Position numbers and translations under genes: made by a program. A stretch of 64,000 nt of DNA, taken from positions 305,466 to 369,465 of the forward strand of contig JAUJNZ010000001.1 in assembly GCA_030447905.1 (NCBI GenBank), written 5' to 3'. Positions 10,425 through 19,957 of the stretch are shown in pieces. A model generated the notes under the pieces. That model had not been told where the DNA came from and searched no databases. It saw only the letters and a program-made list of their open reading frames with translations. The DNA comes from Thermoleophilaceae bacterium (GTDB taxonomy: Bacteria; Actinomycetota; Thermoleophilia; Solirubrobacterales; Thermoleophilaceae). Position 1 is the stretch's first letter, and the number at the start of each line of letters is the position of its first letter.

Positions 10425-12125
10425 TCAGGCGGCGGTGAGTAGCGCCTCGGCGTGGCGACGGGCGCCGTCGTCGTCGGCGTTGCCGCCGAGCATGCGACAG
10501 AGCTCGTCAACCACCGCCCCACCCGCGAGCTCCTCGACCACCGTGTGGGCGAGATCGGTCCCCGGTCGCTTCTCGATCCGGAAGTGGCGATCGGCCAGCG
10601 AGGCGATCTGGGGCAGGTGGGTGATGCAGAGGACCTGGCGGTGCTCGGCCAGGCGTGCGAGCTTGCGGCCGACCGCGCGCGCGGTCTGGCCGCCGATCCC
10701 TGCGTCGACCTCGTCGAAGACGAGCGTCTCGCCTCCCTCGCCGTCGTCGGCCCCGGCGGCGCTCGCCACGGTCATGAGCGCGAGCATGGTCCGCGACAGC
10801 TCGCCCCCCGAGGCGATCTCGCGCAGGGGCGCCGCCGCGACCCCGGCGTTCGGGGCGATCAGGAGCTCGACCCGCTCGTCGCCGAGCGCGGTCCGCTGCT
10901 CGCGCGGCTCGAGCCCGACAGAGAAAGAGGCTCCCTCCATGCCGAGCTCGGAGAGCTCGCCCGTCACCGCCTCGGCGAGGCAGGGAGCGGCCTCGCGCCT
11001 GGCCGCACTCAGGGTGCGAGCGTGCTCGTCCTCCTCGGCGGCGACCGCGGCGAGCGCCCGCTCGACCGCGTCGATCGACTGCTCGGCGGTCTCGAGCCCC
11101 TCGAGCTCGGACCGGCATCGCGCGGCGTGGGCGAGCACCGACTCGACGCTGCCACCGTGCTTGCGCGCGAGGCGTTCGTAGCGGTCGAGCCGGTCCTCCA
11201 CCTCCTCGAGTCGACCCGGCTCCCGCGACAGCCCGTCGGCGTAGCGGCGAAGCTCGCCGCCGAGGTCGCTCGCCTCGATGCGCAGGGCACGCAATCGCTC
11301 GGCGAGCGCGTCGAGCGCGGGGTCGACGCCCGCCACCGAGTCGGTCCGCCGCTCGCTCTCGGCGAGCGCCTGAAGGACGTCGAGCCCGTCCGCGGACTCT
11401 GCGGACAGCGCCTCGGCGCCACCCCCGGCCGCCGCGCGCAGCGCGCCGACCTGGCGCAGGCGCTCGCGCTCCTCGCGCAGGGAGAGCTCCTCGCCGGAGT
11501 CGGGCCCGAGCGCGTCGATCTCCTCGAGCTCGTAGGCGAGCAGATCCCGCTCGCGCTCGCGCGCGCCGGTGCGGGCCCGAAGCTCGGCCAGCTCGGCCTC
11601 GAGCTGGCGCACGCGCGCGTGCGCCCCCGCGAGATCCGCCCGGTGCTCGAGATGGCCGGCGCCGCAGAAGGAGTCGACGATCTCAAGCTGCTGCGCGGCG
11701 AGGGTCAGGCGACGGTGCTCGTGCTGGCCGTAGAAGGAGAGGAGGCGTCCCCCGAGCTCACGCAGATCGGCCGCACTCGCCGCGCGCCCCTGCACGAACG
11801 CGCGCGTGCGGGCTTCGGCGCCCACCCGGCGGGCGAGGACGAGCTCGTCGTCGCCCTCGGCGGGCAGGCGCTCGCGAAGCTCGGCGAGCGCCGGGTCGTC
11901 GAGCAGCCTCTCCGGGGGCGCGAAGACTCCCTCGACGTAGGCCTCGCTCGCCCCGGGCCGCACGATCCCGGCGCGAGGGCGCCCGCCGAGCAGGAGGTCC
12001 AAGGCGTGGGCTACCACGGTCTTACCGGCCCCGGTCTCCCCGGTGAGGGCGGTCAGCCCGGGTCCGAGGCGGAGGTCGGCGCGCTCGATCAGAAGGAGGT
12101 TTTCGACGCGCAGCTCAAGCAGCAT
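10425..12125 (-). CDS. recN: DNA repair protein RecN
   Basis: ATG at 12125 gives MLLELRVENLLLIERADL. Walker A GETGAGKT; signature ASGGELSR; Walker B LVFDEVDAGIGG. The upstream 400 codons of the track ORF are a shadow frame across nadK. Confidence 0.92.
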   Translation of the reverse strand: MLLELRVENLLLIERADLRLGPGLTALTGETGAGKTVVAHALDLLLGGRPRAGIVRPGASEAYVEGVFAPPERLLDDPALAELRERLPAEGDDELVLARRVGAEARTRAFVQGRAASAADLRELGGRLLSFYGQHEHRRLTLAAQQLEIVDSFCGAGHLEHRADLAGAHARVRQLEAELAELRARTGARERERDLLAYELEEIDALGPDSGEELSLREERERLRQVGALRAAAGGGAEALSAESADGLDVLQALAESERRTDSVAGVDPALDALAERLRALRIEASDLGGELRRYADGLSREPGRLEEVEDRLDRYERLARKHGGSVESVLAHAARCRSELEGLETAEQSIDAVERALAAVAAEEDEHARTLSAARREAAPCLAEAVTGELSELGMEGASFSVGLEPREQRTALGDERVELLIAPNAGVAAAPLREIASGGELSRTMLALMTVASAAGADDGEGGETLVFDEVDAGIGGQTARAVGRKLARLAEHRQVLCITHLPQIASLADRHFRIEKRPGTDLAHTVVEELAGGAVVDELCRMLGGNADDDGARRHAEALLTAA

Positions 12126-12220
12126 GCGCCACATGTACCACCGCCGTCCGACGGACCACCCGCGAGAGCCGGCCCCCGGCGCCTGTCCGTGACACGCCCG
12201 TAACACCGGTGACCGGGTTT

Positions 12221-12251
12221 TCACGCTCTTCCCAGGGCCGGAAGAGCGTGA
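12221..12251 (-). other. Perfect 12-bp stem / 7-nt loop hairpin 20 nt downstream of the nadK stop (possible U-tract-less terminator or processing site before recN)
   Basis: TCACGCTCTTCC-cagggcc-GGAAGAGCGTGA. On the gene strand it is followed by AAAACC, not a T tract. Confidence 0.35.
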
Positions 12252-12271
12252 CGGCCGCCCTGGCTCTCGGC

Positions 12272-13129
12272 TCAATACGCCAATCGCCCAAACTTCTCGC
12301 GCAGACGGTGGTAGAAGCTCGTGCCGGGAAGCTGGGCGATCAGCACCCCGTCGTGGCAGAAGCGAACCTCGGCGCGCCCCCCGGGGGCGAGCGTGGCCAC
12401 GTCGCGCCCGTCGGTGCTTACGTCGACCGGGTAGCGGCGTGAGCGGTTCTCGACCTCGAGCACGGTGTCGGTGTCGACGACGAGCGCTCGCGCGGTAAGG
12501 GTATGCGGCGCGATGAACGACACGACGAACCCCTCGACCTTCCAGGCGAGAACCGGTCCGCCGTTGGCCAGGTTGTAGCCCGTCGAGCCGACCGGCGTCG
12601 AGGCCACGAGGCCGTCGCAGCGCACGCAGCCGAGCTCCTCGCCCTCGACCGAGTAGGCAAGCTCGGCGACTCGCTCGTCGGGGCGCCGGTGGAAGGAGAC
12701 GTCGTTTACGGCGAGCCGTGCCCCCCCGTCGACGTGGACCTCGAGCGCGGGTATGGGAAGGATCTCGAAGTCGCCGGAGAGGACCCGCCCGATCCCTTCC
12801 TGAAGCTCGCCGTGGTCGACCGTCGACAGGAAGCCGATCGCCCCGTAGTTGATGGCGAAGACGGGGACGTGACGCCCTCCGTAGGCCCGCAGCGTGGTGA
12901 GAATGGTCCCATCGCCGCCGAGCACGACGGCGATGTCGGCATCGGTCGAGGCCTCCTCGCCCACCACGACTCCGGACCCTTCCTCGATGCCGTGCTTGTG
13001 GGCTTCGTCCGGCGGCATCCGGACCTCGACCCCGGCCGCGCTCGCGGCATCGAGCAGCGCGACGACGCCGTCCGCCGTGTCCTCGACCGTCGCGTGCGTG
13101 AACAGGGCGATCGACTCCGGGCTGCTCAC
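12272..13129 (-). CDS. nadK: NAD+ kinase
   Basis: GTG at 13129 overlaps the tlyA TGA (GTGA). Motif VVLGGDGTILTTLR. tlyA-nadK-recN synteny. Confidence 0.9.
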   Translation of the reverse strand: MSSPESIALFTHATVEDTADGVVALLDAASAAGVEVRMPPDEAHKHGIEEGSGVVVGEEASTDADIAVVLGGDGTILTTLRAYGGRHVPVFAINYGAIGFLSTVDHGELQEGIGRVLSGDFEILPIPALEVHVDGGARLAVNDVSFHRRPDERVAELAYSVEGEELGCVRCDGLVASTPVGSTGYNLANGGPVLAWKVEGFVVSFIAPHTLTARALVVDTDTVLEVENRSRRYPVDVSTDGRDVATLAPGGRAEVRFCHDGVLIAQLPGTSFYHRLREKFGRLAY

Positions 13130-13923
13130 GGCTCGGCGCTCCGCGCGGCGTGCTCGAGGTCGGCGACGCCTCCGCCGCGACCGGGCTCGGCGAGCCACGC
13201 AAAGCTCTCGCGGTTTCCGGCCGGCCCGGGCAGGCCGGAAGAGGCGAAGCCGAGCACCGCGCAGCCGAGCTCGTCGCGCGCGTGACGCCCCAGCGCGACG
13301 AGGGCCTCGCGCCGCGCACTCGGATCGCGGACGACGCCGCCCCGCCCGACGCGCTGGGGGCCGAGCTCGAACTGCGGCTTGACGAGCGCCAGCACGTCGA
13401 AGCGTTCTGCGAGGCAGGCCAGAACCTGGCCGAGCACCTTGACCAGCGAGATGAAGGAGAGGTCGAGGACGGCGAGCTCGGGCCGGTACGGCAGCAGCTC
13501 GGGGCGCAGGGCCCGGGCGTTGGTGCGCTCTAGCACGGTCACCCGGGGGTCGGAGCGCAGGCGCCAGGCGAGCTCGCCGTAGCCGACGTCGACTGCGGTC
13601 ACCGCCACGGCCCCGCGCTCGAGCAGACAGTCGGAAAAGCCGCCGGTGGAGGCCCCGACGTCGAGGCAGCGGCGCCCTGCCGGGTCGACGCCGAGCGCGT
13701 CGAGGCCGTGGGCGAGCTTGATTCCCCCGCGCGATACGTACTGCGCTGGCCGGGCCAGCAGGAGCTCGACGTCGGGTCGAACGAGCTGACCGGGCTTGGC
13801 CGTCCGTCCGCCGGCGGGCTCGCCGAGGCGGACGTCGCCGGCCATTACCGCTGCGGCGGCGCGGGAGCGCGACTCGTACAGGCCGCGCTCGACGAGCAGG
13901 GCATCGAGCCTCGTCTTCCCCAT
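13126..13923 (-). CDS. tlyA: TlyA-family rRNA 2'-O-methyltransferase
   Basis: S4-like N-terminus MGKTRLDALLVERGL. FtsJ-type SAM site LDVGASTGGFSDCLL. Confidence 0.9.
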   Translation of the reverse strand: MGKTRLDALLVERGLYESRSRAAAAVMAGDVRLGEPAGGRTAKPGQLVRPDVELLLARPAQYVSRGGIKLAHGLDALGVDPAGRRCLDVGASTGGFSDCLLERGAVAVTAVDVGYGELAWRLRSDPRVTVLERTNARALRPELLPYRPELAVLDLSFISLVKVLGQVLACLAERFDVLALVKPQFELGPQRVGRGGVVRDPSARREALVALGRHARDELGCAVLGFASSGLPGPAGNRESFAWLAEPGRGGGVADLEHAARSAEP

Positions 13924-13931
13924 TCGGCGTC

Positions 13932-15266
13932 CTAGCTGCGCTCGGCGTGGGTCTCGTCCTCGCCCGGAGCCCCGCCCTCCTGCGACACCGGCTCGGCCCG
14001 CAACTCCTCCACCTGCGCCTCTCCCACCCTGGTGATCTCGAGCGGGTGACCGTCGACCTGCACGACCTCGCCCTGACGCGGCAGACGCCCAAGGGCCTCG
14101 ACGACGTGGCCGCCGATAGTGGCTTCGCGGGCGGCCGTGGGCGCGATGCCGAGCTCCTCCTCGACCAGCCGCAGCGGGGCCCCGCCCTGGATCACCACGG
14201 CATCGCCGTCGCGGCGGACGAGCTCGGCGCCCGAGGGGTCGAACTCGTCCTCTATCTCGCCGACGATCTCCTCGAGGAGGTCCTCGAGGGTGACGATACC
14301 GATCGCCGTGCCGTGCTCGTCGACCACGAGCGCCATGTGCTGGCGCTCTCTGCGGAGCTTGAGCAGGAGCTCGTCCAGGGCGGTGGCGTCGGAGACGCGC
14401 GGCAGCGGCCGCGCCAGCGCGCGCAGCTCGACCTCGCGCGACTCGAGGGCCTCGGACAACACGTCCTTTACGTGCAGCAGGCCAGCGACGTTGTCGAGTC
14501 CCCCGTCCGGCTCCACGACCGGAAAGCGTGTGTGACCGGTCTCGCGCGATCGCTCAGCGGCGCCCGCGGGAGTCTGGTCGGCCGACACCACCATCACGTC
14601 AGGCCGGGGAATCATGACCTCGCGCGTGCGGCGGTCGCCGAAGGAGAAGACGTTCTCGGCGAAGGTGTGCTCGTGCGGGTGGATCAGGCCCTCCTCCGAG
14701 CTCTGGCGCACGAGCGTGCGCAGCTCCGCCTCGGAGGCCGGGGCGTGGCCGGCCTCGCGGGCCGGCGGGATCCCGAACGGCTTGAGCAGCAGGTTCCCCA
14801 TCCCGTTGAACAGGTCGACGAGGGGCTTGGTCAAAAAGTAGAAGATCCGCATCGGCGTAGCTACGGCGAGGGAGATGCGCTCGGTGCGAGCGATCGCGAG
14901 GCTCTTGGGGGCCAGCTCGCCGACGACGACGTGCAGCAGGGTGATGATCAGGAAGGCGGCCGCCCCGGCGAGGCCGACGCTCGCGATCCGCGTCTCCTCC
15001 CCCAGGAGCGGCTCGAGCAGGTCGTGGAAGACCCGCTCGCCGACCACGCCCAGGCCGAGGCTCGCCATCGTAATGCCGAGCTGACACGCCGCCAAATAGG
15101 CGTCGATGCGGTCGACGGCGTGACGCACCGAGCCGGCTGTCGCCCTTCCCTCGCTTTCGAGGTCCGACACCTGCGCGGGTCGCATGCGCGTGATGGCGAA
15201 CTCGGTGGCGACGAAGAAGCCGTTGGCGGCGACGAGGGCGAAGGTGAGGATGAGTTCGAGGGCCAC
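13932..15266 (-). CDS. CNNM/CorC (TlyC-type 'hemolysin') family membrane protein: DUF21 + CBS pair + CorC_HlyC domain
   Basis: VALELILTFALVAANGFFVATEFA is a DUF21 N-terminus with the same spacing as B. subtilis YhdP-type proteins. CBS region and C-terminal transporter-associated domain follow. The track start at 15371 adds 35 low-GC3 codons, so I prefer GTG 15266. The start remains uncertain. Confidence 0.8.
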   Translation of the reverse strand: MALELILTFALVAANGFFVATEFAITRMRPAQVSDLESEGRATAGSVRHAVDRIDAYLAACQLGITMASLGLGVVGERVFHDLLEPLLGEETRIASVGLAGAAAFLIITLLHVVVGELAPKSLAIARTERISLAVATPMRIFYFLTKPLVDLFNGMGNLLLKPFGIPPAREAGHAPASEAELRTLVRQSSEEGLIHPHEHTFAENVFSFGDRRTREVMIPRPDVMVVSADQTPAGAAERSRETGHTRFPVVEPDGGLDNVAGLLHVKDVLSEALESREVELRALARPLPRVSDATALDELLLKLRRERQHMALVVDEHGTAIGIVTLEDLLEEIVGEIEDEFDPSGAELVRRDGDAVVIQGGAPLRLVEEELGIAPTAAREATIGGHVVEALGRLPRQGEVVQVDGHPLEITRVGEAQVEELRAEPVSQEGGAPGEDETHAERS

Positions 15267-15495
15267 GGTGACGGGAGCGGCGACGTTGAGCGCAAGGTCC
15301 TCCCCGAGCGATCTTCCGCACCGTCGGCGTCGGCAAACGCTCGTACTCGCCGGCCGTGTGATGGCACTCACAGACAGGTGCCCGGCGACCTCCTAGATTG
15401 AGGACTGTCTCTGACAGTGCGATCCGGCGGTGCGAACGGTAGCTGCAGCCCCAAAGACTTCCCCTCAGAGACCACATAACGCAGCACTCCTCCCT

Positions 15496-15528
15496 GAGCG
15501 ACCCGCCGCCCCCCTCGGCGGGTCGCTC
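15496..15528 (+). terminator. Strong GC hairpin (13-bp stem, 7-nt loop) followed by GCTTTCTGGGTT; intrinsic-terminator/attenuator-like element in the leader of the oxidoreductase gene
   Basis: GAGCGACCCGCCG-cccccct-CGGCGGGTCGCTC, then a TTT-containing tail on the plus strand only. Confidence 0.4.
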
Positions 15529-15639
15529 GCTTTCTGGGTTCGGGTGTGCGGGCGACTTACGTGTGGCACAGTTCGGCGATCCGCTCGACCCTCCGCACGG
15601 CCGGGACGCCCCTCCGTTTCGTACCGCGGCGCAAGCCGG

Positions 15640-17091
15640 TTGCCTGAGGCCCGCGACGCGATCGTCGTCGGCTCGGGGCCCAACGGCCTGGCGGCGGCGA
15701 TCACGCTCGCCCGCACCGGCCGCTCGGTCCTGGTGCTCGAAGCCGAGCCGGCCGTCGGAGGGGGCATGCGGTCGGAGGCGCTCACCCTCCCGGGCTTTGT
15801 GCACGACGTCTGCTCGACCGCCCATCCGCTGTTGCTCGGCTCGCCGTTTTTCTCCGAGGTGCCGCTGGACGAGCACGGGCTCGAGCTGATCCAGCCCCCG
15901 GCGCCGCTCGCTCACCCGCTCGACGACGGCAGCGCCGTGGTGCTCGAGCGCTCGGTGGAGGCGACCGCCGCCCCCCTCGGACCGGACGCGACCTCCTACC
16001 GCGAGTTGTTCGGGCCGCTCGTCGGCGACGCGGCGCGTCTGCTCCCGGGCATCCTCGGCCCGCTGCGCCCGCCGCGCCACCCGCTGTCGCTGGTCCGGTT
16101 CGGCCTGAGCGGCCTGCGCTCGGCGCAAGGCCTTGCGCGCCGACGCTTCGAGGGGGAGCGGGCACGAGCCCTGGTGGCCGGCTGCGCCGCCCACTCCATG
16201 CTGTCCCTGAGCCAAAGCCCGAGCGCCGCCTTCGGCCTCGTGCTCGCGCTGCTGGGCCACGCGGTCGGCTGGCCCGTCGCCCGCGGCGGCTCACAGCGCA
16301 TCGCCGACGCGCTCGCCTCGCACCTGCGCTCGCTCGGCGGCGAGATCGAGACCGGCCGGCGCGTGCGCTCGATCGACGAGCTGCCTCCCGCCCGAGCCGT
16401 CCTGCTCGACCTCAGCCCACGCGGCGTGCTCGAGGTGGCGGGACACCGGCTGCCCGACCGTTACCGCCGCGCGCTCGGACGCTTTCGCTACGGGCCGGGG
16501 ATCTTCAAGCTCGACTGGGCGCTCGACGCGCCGATCCCCTGGAGCGCGCCGGAGACCGCGCGCGCCGGTACCGTGCACCTCGGCGGATCGCTCGCTCAGA
16601 TCGCGGCGTCCGAGGACGCGGTGGCCCGGGGGCGCCCTCCCGAGCGGCCCTACGTCCTGCTCGTCCAGGCGAGCCTGTTCGACCCAGAGCGCGCACCGCC
16701 CGGCCGGCACACCGCGTGGGGTTACTGCCACGTACCGAACGGCTGCACAGCCGACATGACCGGCGCGATCGAGGCGCAGATCGAGCGCTTCGCTCCCGGC
16801 TTCACCGACCGGGTGCTCGCCCGCGCGCGGATGACGAGCGCCGACGTCGAGCGCCGCAACCCGAACTTCGTGGGCGGCGACATCAACGGCGGCCGGCAGG
16901 ACCTGGGCCAGCTGTTCACGCGCCCGGTGGCGCGCCCGGTGCCCTACGCGACGCCGGTCGAGGGCATCTACATCTGCTCCTCCTCGACGCCGCCCGGGGG
17001 AGGCGTCCACGGCATGAGCGGCTTCTTCGCGGCTCAGGGCGCGCTGAGAGGGCTCGATCGGCCGAGCCGTGGAGCGCCGCGCCGCGCCTAG
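15640..17091 (+). CDS. NAD(P)/FAD-dependent oxidoreductase, phytoene-desaturase (CrtI/COG1233) family
   Basis: Dinucleotide fold [37 protein letters not shown]. The TTG at 15640 gives a typical N-terminus. An alternative GTG lies at 15544. Confidence 0.75.
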   Translation: MPEARDAIVVGSGPNGLAAAITLARTGRSVLVLEAEPAVGGGMRSEALTLPGFVHDVCSTAHPLLLGSPFFSEVPLDEHGLELIQPPAPLAHPLDDGSAVVLERSVEATAAPLGPDATSYRELFGPLVGDAARLLPGILGPLRPPRHPLSLVRFGLSGLRSAQGLARRRFEGERARALVAGCAAHSMLSLSQSPSAAFGLVLALLGHAVGWPVARGGSQRIADALASHLRSLGGEIETGRRVRSIDELPPARAVLLDLSPRGVLEVAGHRLPDRYRRALGRFRYGPGIFKLDWALDAPIPWSAPETARAGTVHLGGSLAQIAASEDAVARGRPPERPYVLLVQASLFDPERAPPGRHTAWGYCHVPNGCTADMTGAIEAQIERFAPGFTDRVLARARMTSADVERRNPNFVGGDINGGRQDLGQLFTRPVARPVPYATPVEGIYICSSSTPPGGGVHGMSGFFAAQGALRGLDRPSRGAPRRA

Positions 17092-19052
17092 ACCTCCGTC
17101 AGCGCGCCGCGGGGGGCGAGCAGGGTCTCGGCCACGCGTCCCGCCACCGCCTCCGGTGTGAGCCCGACCTCCTCGCGCAGAAGCGCCGGCTTTCCGTGGG
17201 TCACGAAGCGGTCGGGAAGCCCGAGGCGCAGGACCCGGGTCTCGGCGAGGGCGTCGTGGTCGGCGAGGGTTTCGAGCACGGCCGAGCCGAAGCCGCCGGC
17301 AAGCACGTTCTCCTCGACGGTGACGACAAGCTCGTGCTCTGCGGCGAGGTCGCAAAGGAGCGGTTCGTCGAGCGGCTTGACGAAGCGCGCGTCGACCACC
17401 GTGGGCTCCACGCCGTGCTCGGCTTCGAGCTGCTGCGCCGCCCCGAGCGCCACCGCCACGCCGTAGCCGTAACCGACCAGCGCGACGCGGTCGCCGCCGC
17501 CTCGCAGGACCTCGCCGCGGCCGATCTCGATCGGGGCGGGATGCTCGGGCAGTAGCACGCCCTCGCCTTCGCCGCGCGGATACCGCAGCGCGATCGGCCC
17601 GGCGTCGTAGACCAGCGCCGTACGCAGCATGTGAACGAGCATGGCCTCGTCGCGCGGGGCCATGGCCACGATGTTGGGCAGGCAGCGAAGGTAGGAGACG
17701 TCAAAGGCGCCGTGGTGAGTCGGTCCGTCATCGCCGACCAGTCCGGCGCGGTCCATGGCGAAGACCACGCTCAGGCCCTGCAGGCAGACGTCGTGGACGA
17801 TCTGGTCGAAGCCGCGCTGAAGGAACGTCGAGTAGATCGCCGCCACCGGCTTTGCGCCCTGGAGGGCGAGTCCGGCGGCGAACAGAACGGCGTGCTGCTC
17901 GGCGATGCCGACGTCGTAGTAGCGGTCGGGGAGCGCCTTTTGGAGGATGTCGAGCCCCGTGCCGGAGTTCATGGCCGCGGTGATCCCGACCACGCGCTCG
18001 TCGCGCCGGCACTCCTGGACGAGGGCCTCGCCGAAGACCTTCGTGTACTGGGGCGCCGGCTTGGGCTTGGCGGCGCCCGCCGCTCCCTGCGCGGTCGTCG
18101 TCTTCGAGGCGGCCTGGCGGTTGACGATCGAGGACGGCTTGGCCGCGTGCCACTTCTCCATACCCTCGAGGCCGCCCTCCTCGGCCGGGGCGAAGCCCTT
18201 GCCCTTGACGGTCTTGGCGTGCACGACCACCGGGCGATCGGCCTCGAGCGCCTCGCCGATCGCCTCGCGAAGGGCGGCCATGTCGTGGCCGTCGACCACG
18301 CCGACGTAGGCGATGTCGAGCTCCTCGAAGATAAGTCCCGGCGCCCAGTAGGCCTTGAGCGACTCCTTGAGGATCGGCCCGAACCGCTCGATCCGCTCGC
18401 CGAGGCCGGCGGGGAGCTTGGTCAGGCCGGTCTCGACCTCCTCGCGGGCCTTGTGCAGCTTGGGGTTGAGCCGCACCCGGTTGAAGTAACGGGAGAGGCC
18501 TCCCACGTTCGGGGCGATCGACATGCCGTTGTCGTTGAGGACGATCACGATCGGCACCCCGAGGCCGCCGGCGTTCTGCAGCGCCTCGAAGGCCACGCCG
18601 CCGGTGAGCGCCCCGTCGCCGACCACGGCGACGACCTTGCCGTCCTCCCCGCGGCCCTGGCGCATCGCCTCCTTGAGCCCGACCGCGTAGGAGATCGCCG
18701 TCGAGGCGTGGCCGGCGCCCATTATGTCGTGCTCGGACTCGAAGACCGAGCAGAAGGGTGCGAGGCCGCCGTACTTGCGGATAGTGTCGAGCCGGTCGCG
18801 GCGCCCGGTGAGGACCTTGTGGGGATAGGCCTGGTGGCCGACGTCCCACAGCACCTTGTCGCGTGGCGAGTCGATCAGCGAGTGGATGGCCGTGGCTAGC
18901 TCACATGCGCCGAGGTTCGCCCCGAAGTGCCCGCCGATCTCGCCGATCGTGTCGATGATCAGCTCGCGGACCTCCTGGGCGACCTGTGCGAGCTCGGCGT
19001 CGGACAGGCCGTGCAGGTCGTTTGGCTTGTCGATCTTCTCGAGCAGGGTCAT
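17088..19052 (-). CDS. dxs: 1-deoxy-D-xylulose-5-phosphate synthase
   Basis: GGHFGANLG, GHASTAISYAVG, and the ThDP site VVGDGALTGG...LNDNGMSI. ATGA overlap with the upstream ispA-like stop. Confidence 0.95.
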   Translation of the reverse strand: MTLLEKIDKPNDLHGLSDAELAQVAQEVRELIIDTIGEIGGHFGANLGACELATAIHSLIDSPRDKVLWDVGHQAYPHKVLTGRRDRLDTIRKYGGLAPFCSVFESEHDIMGAGHASTAISYAVGLKEAMRQGRGEDGKVVAVVGDGALTGGVAFEALQNAGGLGVPIVIVLNDNGMSIAPNVGGLSRYFNRVRLNPKLHKAREEVETGLTKLPAGLGERIERFGPILKESLKAYWAPGLIFEELDIAYVGVVDGHDMAALREAIGEALEADRPVVVHAKTVKGKGFAPAEEGGLEGMEKWHAAKPSSIVNRQAASKTTTAQGAAGAAKPKPAPQYTKVFGEALVQECRRDERVVGITAAMNSGTGLDILQKALPDRYYDVGIAEQHAVLFAAGLALQGAKPVAAIYSTFLQRGFDQIVHDVCLQGLSVVFAMDRAGLVGDDGPTHHGAFDVSYLRCLPNIVAMAPRDEAMLVHMLRTALVYDAGPIALRYPRGEGEGVLLPEHPAPIEIGRGEVLRGGGDRVALVGYGYGVAVALGAAQQLEAEHGVEPTVVDARFVKPLDEPLLCDLAAEHELVVTVEENVLAGGFGSAVLETLADHDALAETRVLRLGLPDRFVTHGKPALLREEVGLTPEAVAGRVAETLLAPRGALTEV

Positions 19053-19957
19053 CGCCGGCGGGTGAGGATGTAGTCCGCCACCTGTGCGAGCTTAGCCGTC
19101 CGGCCGCCGGCCTCGGCCAAGGCCGCCCGGGCCCCCGCGTGCGACTCGGACGCGAGCTCCCGCGCGCGATCGAGCCCGAACACGCTCACGTAGGTCGCCT
19201 TGCCGTGGCGCTGGTCCGAGCCGCTCGGCTTTCCGATGGCATGCTGGTCGCCCGTGACGTCCAGGATGTCGTCGACGATCTGGAAGAGGACCCCGAGCTC
19301 GCGGGCGAAGCGGCGGTAGGGCGCGGTCTCCGCTTCGGACATGCCGCTGAGCAGCAGCACGCACTCGACCGAGGCGCCGATCAGGCGGCCGGTCTTCAGG
19401 CCGTGCAGGCGCCGCAGCGACTCGCCGTCGGCCGGTGCGTCGCCCGCGATGTCGAGGAACTGGCCACCTACCATCCCGTTCACCCCGGCCGCGGCCACGA
19501 GCTCGCGCGCCGCGGCGAGCAGATCCGCGGGGTCAGCGGCCTGGCGCTCGAGCAGGAGCCGAAGGGCCTCCGCGAACAGGCCGTCGCCGGCGAGGATGGC
19601 GACTCCCTCGCCGAAGGCGACGTGGCAGGTCGGCCGTCCGCGGCGCAGCTCGTCGTCGTCCATAGCCGGGAGGTCGTCGTGGATCAACGAGTAGGTGTGC
19701 ACGAGCTCGAGCGCCGCGGCGAGCGGCATCACCTCGGCGGGCGCTCGGCCGACGGCCTCGGCGGTGGCGAGCGCGAGCACGGGGCGGACGCGCTTGCCGC
19801 CGGCGAGCAGCGAGTAGCGCATCGCCTCGTCGAGGCCCTCCATGCCCGGTACGGTCGCGAACTCGAGGTCGGCCAGGTACGCCTCGACCTCGTCCTGGAG
19901 GGCGACGGGGTAGGCGGCGTGCTCGGCGCCGCTGCTCGCCGGAGGGCCGGCGTTCAC
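19049..19957 (-). CDS. ispA: Polyprenyl (farnesyl/geranylgeranyl) diphosphate synthase
   Basis: GTG at 19957 (GTGA with the hpnE stop). FARM LIHDDLPAMDDDELRRG; SARM FQIVDDILD. Position upstream of dxs as in xseB-ispA-dxs operons. Product chain length is not determinable. Confidence 0.8.
   Translation of the reverse strand: MNAGPPASSGAEHAAYPVALQDEVEAYLADLEFATVPGMEGLDEAMRYSLLAGGKRVRPVLALATAEAVGRAPAEVMPLAAALELVHTYSLIHDDLPAMDDDELRRGRPTCHVAFGEGVAILAGDGLFAEALRLLLERQAADPADLLAAARELVAAAGVNGMVGGQFLDIAGDAPADGESLRRLHGLKTGRLIGASVECVLLLSGMSEAETAPYRRFARELGVLFQIVDDILDVTGDQHAIGKPSGSDQRHGKATYVSVFGLDRARELASESHAGARAALAEAGGRTAKLAQVADYILTRRR

Noticed and set aside
12126-13319. N-terminal 400-codon extension of the RecN ORF (track ORF 10425..13319). 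Analogous long extensions occur at 19954..22254, 21372..22790, 34880..36514, 36076..37491, 36852..38384, 37634..39784, 53164..55413 and 57332..58645.
   Set aside because: The extensions are Arg-rich read-through across the upstream gene in another frame. Conserved N-termini begin at internal ATG/GTG codons, usually overlapping the upstream stop.
13126-15266. tlyA plus a 'hemolysin' (TlyC/CorC-type) gene as a virulence/cytolysin locus
   Set aside because: TlyA is an rRNA methyltransferase, and DUF21-CBS proteins are divalent-cation transport-related. The pair is part of conserved core synteny.
15407-15472. Assignment of the structured leader to a specific riboswitch class (M-box, yybP-ykoY, NiCo, ZTP, fluoride)
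   Set aside because: I could not match any consensus core by eye. It is kept only as an unclassified structured element.
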